A stretch of DNA of 64,000 bases from assembly GCA_030141605.1 (NCBI GenBank), contig JAQGDQ010000070.1, positions 372,001 through 436,000 on the forward strand. The letters are read 5' to 3'. The notes beneath the pieces were generated by a model that did not search any database, had not been told where the DNA came from, and saw only the letters and a program-made list of their open reading frames with translations. Source of the DNA: Tubiluchus corallicola (lineage: Eukaryota; Animalia; Priapulida). The position numbers were made by a program, and so were the translations under genes. Shown piece after piece: positions 14,926 through 26,500 of this stretch. Position 1 is the first letter of the stretch; each line of letters begins with the position of its first letter.

Positions 14926-15819
14926 TCACACGTTTGCACCACCTAACAACTTGTAAAATGCAGCTTTAAATGTAGAATACGAAGCTGCATATATAACGGG
15001 ATTGACAGCACTGTTAGCATAGCCCAGCCAAGTCAGAATGTGCACGTGCTGCCATCTATCGACCGGGTTGACCAACTGCTCGGAGAAAAATGGTCCCCAG
15101 CACAAAACAAAAGCTATGAACACAATAGACAGTGTCTTTGTTGCTTTCATTTCCATGGCTAATTTTATTTTTGCTTGCGACTGCAGCTGAACCAAATGGT
15201 GGACTTTCCGTGTCTGGTTCCATGCCTTCTTCCATATAATTATGTAAAACACAGCAATGATGGTGACTGGAACAATAAACCCAAAGAAAGCATCAGCAAA
15301 GTAGAAAATTTCCCAAGTCTCTCTGCTACTGTCGTAGTAAAACAAGATACACAGCGCACAAGGTTCAACAGCAGCAATGCACCAGGTGATAAGCAGTGCA
15401 AGCACCACTGTTCTTGTTGTTGCAAGTACGTTGTATTTAATTGGAAACACAATGGCAAAAAACCGATCCATGGAAATCAAACATATGTGATAGATGCTAG
15501 AACCCGTGGCAAGAATGCCAAGGGATTCGTCTACAAGAGCTAAGAGCCTGTTTGAATGAAAACGAGAGTTTATTTTCATTGGTACTAAAAGCACGCCAAC
15601 CAGCAAATCAGCTACTGCTAGGGATGCAACTACAAAATTTGTTTGTGTTTGCAACTGTTTTGTGGTACAGACAGCAGCTAAAACCAAAACATTGCCGAAT
15701 ACTACTGCGATGCCCGTCGATAAATATAGTACCAAAAATGACACATTCGACATACACGTGTGCAATTGTCCCAGTAAAACTTCATTTGAAATGTTCATTC
15801 CAGAGTGATTATACACCAT
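14926..15819 (-). CDS. Intronless rhodopsin-family (class A) GPCR, biogenic-amine/TAAR-like, 297 aa
   Basis: Seven hydrophobic segments with GNVLV (TM1), SLAVADLLVG (TM2), SIYHICLISMDRF (TM3), W4.50, FIVP (TM5), KATKTL…FVLCWGPFF (TM6), WLGYANSAVNPVIY (TM7) and helix 8 FKAAF. N-glycosylation sequons in the N-terminus. Confidence 0.93.
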   Translation of the reverse strand: MVYNHSGMNISNEVLLGQLHTCMSNVSFLVLYLSTGIAVVFGNVLVLAAVCTTKQLQTQTNFVVASLAVADLLVGVLLVPMKINSRFHSNRLLALVDESLGILATGSSIYHICLISMDRFFAIVFPIKYNVLATTRTVVLALLITWCIAAVEPCALCILFYYDSSRETWEIFYFADAFFGFIVPVTIIAVFYIIIWKKAWNQTRKVHHLVQLQSQAKIKLAMEMKATKTLSIVFIAFVLCWGPFFSEQLVNPVDRWQHVHILTWLGYANSAVNPVIYAASYSTFKAAFYKLLGGANV

Positions 15820-17568
15820 TTTGACTGTGAACGAAACTTACGCGTACAATAGCTGAAGCACTGCTGTCACTGGTGTGTTTTAGCAGACTACTTGAACATT
15901 TTCACCTTCAAGGATTACTATAAATTTTCAGTACTTTCTTAAGATGAGCATACGACCCTAAACTTCCCTTTAGAACTCGTTTAACAGCAACTAACTAAAT
16001 AGCAGTGTTAAGATGCCTTGCGCAATACGTAACAAATGCCTCATATCTAGATGAAGAAAGTGCCTCTAATTACTCAGACGAACACAAAGGATTCATACTT
16101 CGTAAATGAAGCCTATATATTTGAACATATCACCACAACCGTCTATGGTTTAGAACCAATTTGCACTTATTAACAAATTAATAGCGTATGTTTACACAGT
16201 TAGTTCACACTAAGTACTGTCGCACGCAGGTGGTTATGTCCACAAAATAGTATCCCACAGCTTTATTACTAGCTACAAGCTAATAATTACATCAGCTACA
16301 TAACTATAACACTTGTGTAATATTATCACAACTCATCATAATAGTGAAGTGTGTAACTGTAAACCAGACTGTTTACAAAACCTCGGACATGCAGCTGAGC
16401 TCACTAGAGCGAATAAAAATTTACAAGTGGATGCATATCATGAACTTGCAAACAAAGGCAACAATGATTATAATGTAACATGCACGGGAAACAAAATAGG
16501 GTAGAGTTTAAATAGACTGTCCTAACTGCCTACACTTGTAGCATATTCCCAGTTGAAACATAACCCTCCAAGTGTTCTTGCTTAAATTTTGGAAAAAAGT
16601 AGCAAAAGCTGATGAACTAAGAACCATTTCTACTGCAACCTGGGATTACACCATGGAGGTTGTAGAATTCTGAATTTCCATGATGGGGTTCCAAATAATG
16701 ATCAAATTATACAAAACCTGATTGCAAAATTCATGTTGTTAATTAAGTCACAATTTATTAATTATTTTAATTCAAGACGGCCAAAGGAACGAGATGTAAA
16801 AATGAGGATTGTGCCTCTGATTTGATCCAGGGATATTGAACTTACATTATAAAGTTTATTATATTGCTCCTTAATCACATCAGCATTTTCCAAGTTTTAG
16901 TTCGCTTTTCTAGATTAACTACTAACTAGTTATTTTTTATTTAATTTAGTACCAAGAATAATCAAAAGGCAATTCGCTAATTATTAATGCATAATTTAGC
17001 AGTAGCTACATGAATTTTTCTTATAATGTACAGTAATTTATTAATAGTCATTGATTATCATGCAAAATTAATTATCCATACAAGCAGCAGTTTGCACGAC
17101 AACTGCTGTTTATTATAATTACAACACCATAACAAAAAACATCGCTGTAAAAAATACCATAACTATTGTACAACTGCTGGAAAAATAAATTATCAGTTTT
17201 CTTTGACTCATTTTCCACTGCGCAGCCAAAACTGAGACAAAAAACTTGACCAGTTTCTAATCCACGCCACTGCTTTTCATCACGATAACTGTAAGAAACA
17301 TAATAACCTAGACACAAGCTACTGTAATGCATAAATATTATTTAGTAAAAAAATAAATGTAGCCAAACATGGGCAATACGTGTACATAACAAATACACAT
17401 AATTAGTTAAACAGTGATTACAGTTAGTAAACAAAGAACTGTCTATAACAATTTCTTGTAAACATTTGTATGCCCTTTATACACCAAAGACAATTTTGTA
17501 CCAAATTCAGCAGCCATTCACACGTTTAACAATGATTACAGCTATGAAGGTGTTAAGATAGGCTGACA

Positions 17569-20500
17569 CTACACACGAGGACACCAAGAATTACCATGGC
17601 TGTCTGGTTTATCCAAATACGGAATGTCCCATACCCATGGACGATCTGAAATAATAAAAAGCAACATGATAAAAAAGAAAAAATCGTCATTTGTATAAGA
17701 ATTGTCTATTATATAGGCAAGGAAAGAAATACTAAACAACTGCCTTATCAATTAAGTGACTTTTGTAAAAACGACTTCATCTTGGTTAAATCACATGAGA
17801 GCTTATGCTGTTCAAAAAACATTGGTTCAGAAGTTTTCATTAAACAGCCCATCCCAACAACAGCGGTGGCATTCGAAAATTTGAATTCAAGCAAAAACAG
17901 TAAAGCCTCTTCATACTCTTCATGAACTTTACGTAGTTCAGTGGAATAGGAACAATGGGCTAAAGTTTACAATTCCCCATACACGAGAAATTAGTTCATG
18001 AATTGGATTACGGTTAGGGTTCAAGCTTAGAGTTAGGGTTCGTTTAGGATTAGTGCGGAGTTAGGGTTTGGGTATTTAAACTGTGTGGGGAGTTGTAAAC
18101 TCCTTCTTAACACTGAATGCTAAAAAATTTGATTTCCAACAAATTTGCTGCAAAATATAAAATTCCTTCTCACCTTCCTCTGTGTATGGTGTAAGTGGAA
18201 CATCAAACGGAACAGGAAATGCTTTACTAACCGACTTCTCTGTAGAATGTTGAAACAACGTAAACGAATCTTCGCCAGTCTGACAAGGTAATTGTATTTT
18301 AGTTACTTATTTATAATAAATGAGAATGAGATTGTTAAAAAACTAAATAAAAAAGTTTGCTAGAACTGAAGTAACTGTGTCAAATGTTAAAATAATTAAA
18401 CAGGAGGATTTGAATAACAAAAAAGAGCAGTGATGCATTTCCATATATTTAGCTCAGTTGCTGTAGTTCAGTTGTTATGACACTAACTTTGTATACTGAT
18501 ATATAGTAATATTTCTTAAAAAAGGATTGGAGCAATTATTAGAAAATATCACATAATAAATAAACTAAGAAGGCATAACACAACACACCATTATGCAATA
18601 TCTTTAGGGGAAAAATGAAGGAAAAGCATAAAGATACCATAAATACGATTTTTACTGAATTCAGCAATTTATAACATGATCCATAATATTTATGATTTTG
18701 TGATAAATTATGCAAAACACAAAATCGTACATGTGACACGACTGATTTTCTGCTCTTTTCTTTTTTCTCTTCAGGTACCATAATTTATTACAAATCAAGG
18801 GCCTGCACACACTACTGCAAAAGGACGGGAGTAAGCATAAAATACCTACAAGGTGCTTGGGCAAAAATAGAACTCCCAATTCGTAAGAACGAATCATCAG
18901 TTGAGAACCGTTTTTTTCCAAAGCGCCCCAGGCTGCTTTAGACAGATTTGCACTACAAAGAAAAAACACAAACCCATTTCAAGTAACAACACTATGATGC
19001 AAAATGTCGTCATCAAACTTTCTGGTAAACAGAAAGTGAACTGCATTAATCTTTATTTGCCTACTTTCATAAGTGGTAATTACAGCTACTTCCTTTTACT
19101 AAATTTACCAAGATATTAATGTCATATAAAGATCTTTAAACTTTCACAATATTCTACACATTATTTACTGTTGTAATTTTATTGTATATAATAATTCTAC
19201 TTTTTAGTATTTAATTTTGCCAGACCTAACTAAAAATCCTAATCTTAATTTATTCTCATTATTCTAACGTATGCTATTGTAACGTGTAATTCTTGTATGT
19301 AATTTACTTATTTAAAATTGTCTCTTTTTAACTTTACTAACTACATGGACCATCACGGAAACATTGTTTACATGCAATTTTAATGTATCCATGTAAAAAA
19401 TAAATTTCTATTCTGTTCTGTTCTCTCTGAAATTGTTATTCACCGTTATGCCTAAAGTACTGTAAGAAATGTAAAGCAAAAATTAAGGCATATCTTTTGA
19501 TTCACACTCTATAATCGTAAATTCTAGTACATTATGAATTGTAACTTCCATTTGTTGTTCTCCCTTTTTATGTAGATAATACTGCGTAAGTTTAATCAAA
19601 CAAAGATAGAAAATATAGATGCATTATAAACTAAAATTTACGATTTTTAATGCAAGCTTTTGTGTTCTACCTTCTTATTTAACAGCCACCTTCTCACATA
19701 ATGCAAAATCTGCTATCAAAACTTTAAAAAGTCACCTTGTCACCAGAAACCAGGCAGCTTGACAAAAACCCGGTGAAATTCTAGCGTAAGATTTTATGTG
19801 AGGTGATGCACGGCTTCGTCCAAATACATCAGCTTTCCACTGACTAAAAAACAATGTATCACACTTACATGGTTACACCAGCAAATGCAGGGAAAAGTCA
19901 GTGTATCATTGTGCCTCACAGTCACATGTTTATATAATTACATGCAGCGAATACTCGATTATGCAAGTGCAAATGATTATCATAGTTCATACAATATGCT
20001 CGTGACTTAAAGTTTGACAATCTGTAAGACAACATTCTGAAAATTGTTATTACTACTCACCATTAACTTAGTGCTATGCGGATAATATTTCTGTTTTACC
20101 TCACATTCGCAAGATTACAATACTTGAAACAAAAAAGACATGACTATACGTGAATGCATAAATGGGCAAAATAGTAAGGCAAATTCATTCATCGACCACA
20201 GATATGTTTGTAATCAAGAATGATAACAGCGAACACAAAAGCATTATTCACTTCAATACTTACTGAAAAAATGTGTGTAGGTATGGTTGCTTCTTAGCTG
20301 TATTAATGCTATACGGAAGAGAACCACCGGCGGGCCAGCCTTCCAAGCTAGTTCTTACATTATCTATGCTAGGAAATATCTAAAATAAAATGTTATATTT
20401 AAACATTCAAGTTAGATAACGTACAGAGAGAGAGAGAATGGAACCTTATATTCAGTAACATTTGACCACTGATATTTGACCAGTAACAAAAGAAAATGGC

Positions 20501-23500
20501 AGATAATTTTAATAAAAGCATTCCTCTATTTTTGAAGATATCTCTGTGGCAAAAATTGACATTCATAAATTTATTACAAAATTTTAACAATAACAACAAA
20601 AAACACGTCTCTATTTATATTTCAAAACATTTTTTTCAGTCCATATTTGAATGTTTGACGTATCGAATGGCATCCACTTTGTACATGCCACTCTAAATTT
20701 TGAGAAAAGAAAAAATTTTTATTAACTAGGCAGATTAATTCTACATACTTAAGCCTTCACGAACCTGCCAAACTGTGCACTTTATTTGAGTAACACTAGC
20801 AAATGATACACTAATTATTACAGAACGGAATGTATTAGATGTCTATTCGCCTACATTCGTAATCTGTAATTAGTGGCACTTCCGTTCACAAACTTTGCCA
20901 AGAACAGCATCAAACCTTTTAAAGCTTTCAAGTAATTTTCCACATCTTTTTCTCTATGAAACTCTCTTTTACTGCTAGGCGTGAAGTTATTTTTTAGCAA
21001 ATTTAAAACAAAAGTGGCGTACTTTTGCTCGGCACACCACTAATGAAAATTCCAGTATACCATGAATTAACTTTTATTTGGAAAAGTAACAACTTTTGTA
21101 TGCATTTTCTATTCAAATCTGGGCACACACACACACTGATCTCTGGTGTGAATGAAGAAAGAAAGCAAAATCATATGAAGCTTGGTAACACTCCAGTGGT
21201 TTAGCAAGAATCTATTTGAAGAAACTTACTAACTGTAATTTAGGCAGCTTTGCTAATTTCCCACCAGCATTGGACACTTTGCATTGACTAAGACTTGTCA
21301 GCCACTCTGCACATAACCAGTTGTCTTTACTACTGCCCAAGGAACCAATGCTGGAGAACTGACCAATGACTGACCAATCGTGTACCTTGCCTTCCTCTGC
21401 TCCATGTGTTTGTAGAACCTAAATATGCAGAAAAATCATTAGTAGTCATCCAACATAGTTATGCCACATTTGCACAGTTTTAAAAAAATTACCTACTATA
21501 AGCAAGACTTGCTATTAAGTAATTTAATTAGTAGAAAACTCTGGTAGGAATGAGTTATTATTACAGTGATATACAACAGGCATACATTATGATATAAACA
21601 CTGCATCCCAGGTATCAGTTTAAAAGTCCAACTGCATCAAAAAGTCTTTTCTACGTTGATAGAAAAAAGAATAACTGCTTATCATTTTCTAAGCCGTGAG
21701 TCAAATTACTGCTTTCTACATTTTTCTGCTTTAGTACACCACTGGAGAGTTTAGACAGTTAAGCACTATACTGGAAGTGTTAACACCTCATTAAGATGTA
21801 ACATTTACTACACGGAGGTAAGAAAAAGAAGCAGAAAATATCTATAGTATGTAACATATACTATGGACAGGGAAGCAGAAAAAACTAGAAATATGTAAGA
21901 TATGTTCCAGTTTAAATGCTGTTCAGTTCAAAACAGAAGCTAATCCTGTAAGTGTCTGTTACCCAAACACAGATTTAGAATCAACAATATTACGCAAATG
22001 CAATGTAAGCTGCACATACTTTTCTCAGCTTAAGATGACCATACTTAGTTTTCTGCTCTCCGACATGGCGTCCAGGAATAGATGCAATAATGTGAACCCT
22101 AGACACAAAAACAAAGGGCTAAAAGGAAATAACTAAATGTATCATTTGTATACACTTAAGAAATTTGAGAAGAGTGAGGAGAGTGCTGAGACAGATTATA
22201 CATGGTCTTGGAATCTAGAATGAAAGTGGGTTTAGACAAAGCAAGTTCGATAATGAAGGATATACCCATAGGGAGGACTTTTTCCTTACAATATTATTTA
22301 TACCCAGGAATTTGAAAATAATAATGTATAACAGATGGCTTGGACCAATTCCCCAAAGCACAAGAAAACCATCAAGTTACATAAAGCTTAAAAAATTTGT
22401 CTTGAAATTTTATACCACTTACATACTGCCTTTTTGCATATACAACTTGCGTCGGCATTAACGCTGTATAAAACATGTAAATTTAAACTCCCGAGATGAC
22501 CGTTAGACGCAGCCATTTTGACGATAAGTCATTTGAAACAAGTTTAGATAGCATTCTGTGAAGTTTGAAAAAATAATCAGAGCACGTGTCACTAACTGAG
22601 TAAAATATAAAATTGCTGTATCTTGTCAATAAGATTAAAAATACGTTTTTGGTTAGTGAGTGGCGCACACTGGAAGATGAGTCAGCAACATTTTACCAAT
22701 TGGTGGAAGCATTTTAAATAATTAATAATTTTCTTTTTTAATTACGTAAGTCTCTCAAGCATGTAAGCGAAATGCGAACTAATATAATTTTGCATAGAAT
22801 GTTTTTGGGACATAGTTTAACATGTACTTTTCTTCTCCTGAGTTACATTTGCGTAAGTGACGTCGTCGGTACAGTGTCGCAGGAAATTTAAAATGAAAAC
22901 AAAAAAATCCTTTCAATGCGAGTACGATATATGCATAAAATTGCTATAAAGTAATATAATTTCTCAAGGCGATTTTTCTGAAACATATTTTAGGTACTCC
23001 TTTTCTTGTCCTTTAAGAACATTCAACAATACATACGGCACGTAATGGTTGTATGTATTGTTGAATGTTCTTAAAGAACAAGAAAAGGGGTACCTAAAAT
23101 ATGGTTCAGAAAAATCGCCTTGAGAAATTATATTACTTTATAGCAATTTTATGCATATATCGTACTCGCATTGAAAGGATTTTTTTGTTTTCATTTTAAA
23201 TTTCCTGCGACACTGTACCGACTGCGCCATTACATGACGTCACTTACACAAATGTAAATCAGGAGAAGAAAAGTACATGTTAAACTACCGTATTTTCCCA
23301 TGTATAAGAGACCCTTGTGTATAAGAGACCCCTTCAATTTTTAGGCAAAAATTCTGGAAAAAAGTTTTTTGGTAATGAATAACTTTATTCATCATAGAAA
23401 TTTAGAGGGTAGAGTACAACTTTTTCAACTCAGTGCGGTACTGAAAACAAAATAAAACCAGTTAATGTGTTGTAGAAAAAGAGTACTGGTATATATTAAA

Positions 23501-26500
23501 GTGCGTACCTGCAAACCTGTAACAAGAAAAGAGAAAACGAGGAGATAATGCCTGTGTCACGATGCTTGTATTGCTTACAACCGCTTCATAGTCGAACGCG
23601 ACACGCCTTGCTTAGGCTGACTCATCTCCTTGACCTCTGCCGACGTATCAATGACGTCGACGGGCATGCAGAGAGCTTATGCAGATGCGTTGATTGGCTG
23701 CAGAACAATCGATTTCTCTCCAATACCAAAGAGACATTTAAAAAAATAATAACTTACCCGGTACATTAATTTTATCATTAGAATTTAGCCACGGAGAAGA
23801 TTTATTGAAAGGAAACTATAATTATTCGAAATAAAACAGTTGTAGAGCACTTATTTCTTTAAAATCATTAGTGTCACAATTTATGCATCTTATTGAAAAG
23901 ACTTACTCCCATGTATAAGAGACCCCCTATTTTTAAAGTGAAAATTCTGAGCAAAAAAGGGTCTCTTATACACGGGAAAATACGGTATGTCCCAAAAAAC
24001 ATTCTATGCAAAATTACATTAGTTCGCATTTCGCTTACATGCTTGAGAGACTTACGTAATTAGAAAAGAAAATTATTAATTATTTAAAATGCTTCCACCA
24101 ATTGGTAAAATGTTGCTGACTCATCTTCTAGTGTGCGCCACTCACTAACCAAAAACGTTTTTTTAATCTTATTGACAAGATACAGCAATTTTAAATTTTA
24201 CTCAGTTAGTGACACGTGCTCTGATTATTTTTTCAAACTTCACAGAACGCTATCTAAACTTGTTTCAAATGACTTATCGTCAAAATGGCTGCGTCTAACG
24301 GTCATCTTGGGAGTTTAAATTTACATGTTTTATACAGCGTTAATGCCGATGCAAGTACGGCCGTATGTATTGTTGTATGTATACGGCCAGCACGTACAGC
24401 AATTTTTGATTGTGTCCACAAAAATGATGACAGCACATTACATGACTAACCACGTAGGCTCTATTGTTAGGGTCCAAAAATACAAAATTTCAATAATAAA
24501 ATTTTACTTCCAGTTGTGCACTGATTTTTTTTCCGGAGAGCAATAATTAAAGATTCTATATTTTACCTTGCACTAGACATGTCATGTTGACGTATTATTT
24601 CTATCCAGTCTTGCAATGGTTTGGTTTTATACGAGGATAAATACTCCATCAAATCTTGTTTGAAATTTGTCGGAGATTCACCGGCAGCATTCAAATCGCT
24701 TCCTTCGGGTAGCTTAGGAAAAAAGTCAGACATCCAAATCCTGTAACACCAGGACAAAAGTTTACAGAAGCTTAGAGTTTTCTGACAGACTTTGGCAAAA
24801 AATTTTAATCAATAAATACACTGCAGCATATTAATTATTGTTTTACTTCACTATTAGTATTAACTCACTATTTCCTAAACAAACTTATTATTATGATCAC
24901 AGTAATATTGAAGAAAAAAAATAAATTAACATAAAATAAAATTTTAAATTATAACACTTACGACACCCAAGTTGAAACAATTTGTGTCCTTTAAGTATCA
25001 AGTGAAATATTTAATGCTTCAAAATTAAACTTAAGTATAAAAAGCACAAAAACGATGTAAAATCAACTTGCTTATTTGCACTCCTCATAATTATGCCATA
25101 ATCGCAATAGAGATAATTTCAAGAAGCAATCTATTGATAACAGCACAAAAACAAAGAAAGTTCTACTCTAAAAATGTTTTGCAGTACTTCTCTAAACATG
25201 AATTTTGAGTGAATAAAATAAGGCCTAGTTAAGTATAACAAGTGTATTAAAATATTTTTCAAAATTGTGGCCCCGTACCACAAATCTAGAACACCAAAGC
25301 AAACACTAATACAGCTTTAGCAATGATGAACTAATTAATGCACAAAGTTGACTAGACACCCTCAATTTTCAAACAAAAAATGCTATAAAAACTTGTCCAG
25401 AACAGTTTTGATGATAGGCTCGACTAATTTTAATGTTTAAAGCAGGAATGTCATTTTTTATTTTGACCTCCTAGTTACCACTTTTTAATTTTGACTGTTT
25501 CCCTGACAACTAAGTGACAAACCATTATAATCATTATTTACTCACCCCTGGGTCTTTTGACTCCAGTCTTCATGAATCAGATTACTTGTATGAATAACCA
25601 CCCTCATTCCATCATCATATTGCAGCAGCATCATCTTAGTGTGATGGGTGCCAAACATCATCTCCAACTTAGCCTACAAACAAGTAAATAAAAATTTTAG
25701 AATACAAAATGCATCAGATACACATCACTGCTACCAATCTAATGAAGCACATTCATGTTTTTTGCAGTAATCAAGTTCTGCCTTCTTTGACACGCCATTA
25801 ACAATACAAAATTAAAACAAAAACACACCGTTTCACCATTTTACTATTCTCCTTCGTACATGCAGTACAAGAGTTAAAAGTTTGTCGAATAGACGGTCAG
25901 CCCTTCTGAGCATCATGCTTATATAATAAATACACTACAATGCTTATAATTATTTCAAATAACTTCCATTTCGAATGCAGCAACTAGTGCGGTCTCATTT
26001 AACAGACATCTTTATTATCATCCTGTACCTGTTTCAAACTGCTAAATGCTTCATCAGGGACAATAAAACGAATCAGATATTGTTATAACTCCGACTTCAC
26101 GTAACTTTTGGCAACATTATGATTGCAGCCTTCTCGAATGTAAAGGCTTGTTCAGGTTTGTGTTTGCTTATCCCTGCTCACCAAGTGTTCTACAAATTCC
26201 ACACAATTTAGCACCGACAGTGTTGAGTTCATTACTTTTAAAAAGTAATTTGTCATGACTACTAATAACTTTCGAAAAATTATAATCAAATCACTCATTA
26301 CTGATTACTTTTACCAAGGGTAAGCCCTTACTGATTACTCTTTATTTTTGGGTGTTAGTTTGAGTGATACTTTGGCGAAAAGTGTGCAACTCTTTTGCTT
26401 TAGCGAAATCAGAGCATTATGTCTGCAATATCCCTTTACATATGTCATTAACTTAATAAAATCTACAATTTTCCAGCAAAACTAACTGCAACATTTTATT

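Noticed and set aside
15175-15824. ORFs overlapping the GPCR on the opposite strand or in other frames
   Set aside because: Shadow ORFs of the real coding sequence.
18012-18072. TTAGGG-like motifs suggesting an interstitial telomere
   Set aside because: Few, degenerate and non-tandem. Similar motifs occur inside the short repeat elements at ~37988-38020 and ~38507-38540, so they are probably transposon-derived.
22483-24318. Duplicated 61-aa ORFs on opposite strands that look like a gene pair
   Set aside because: They are mirror images produced by the foldback arms, start at GTG and have no protein features.
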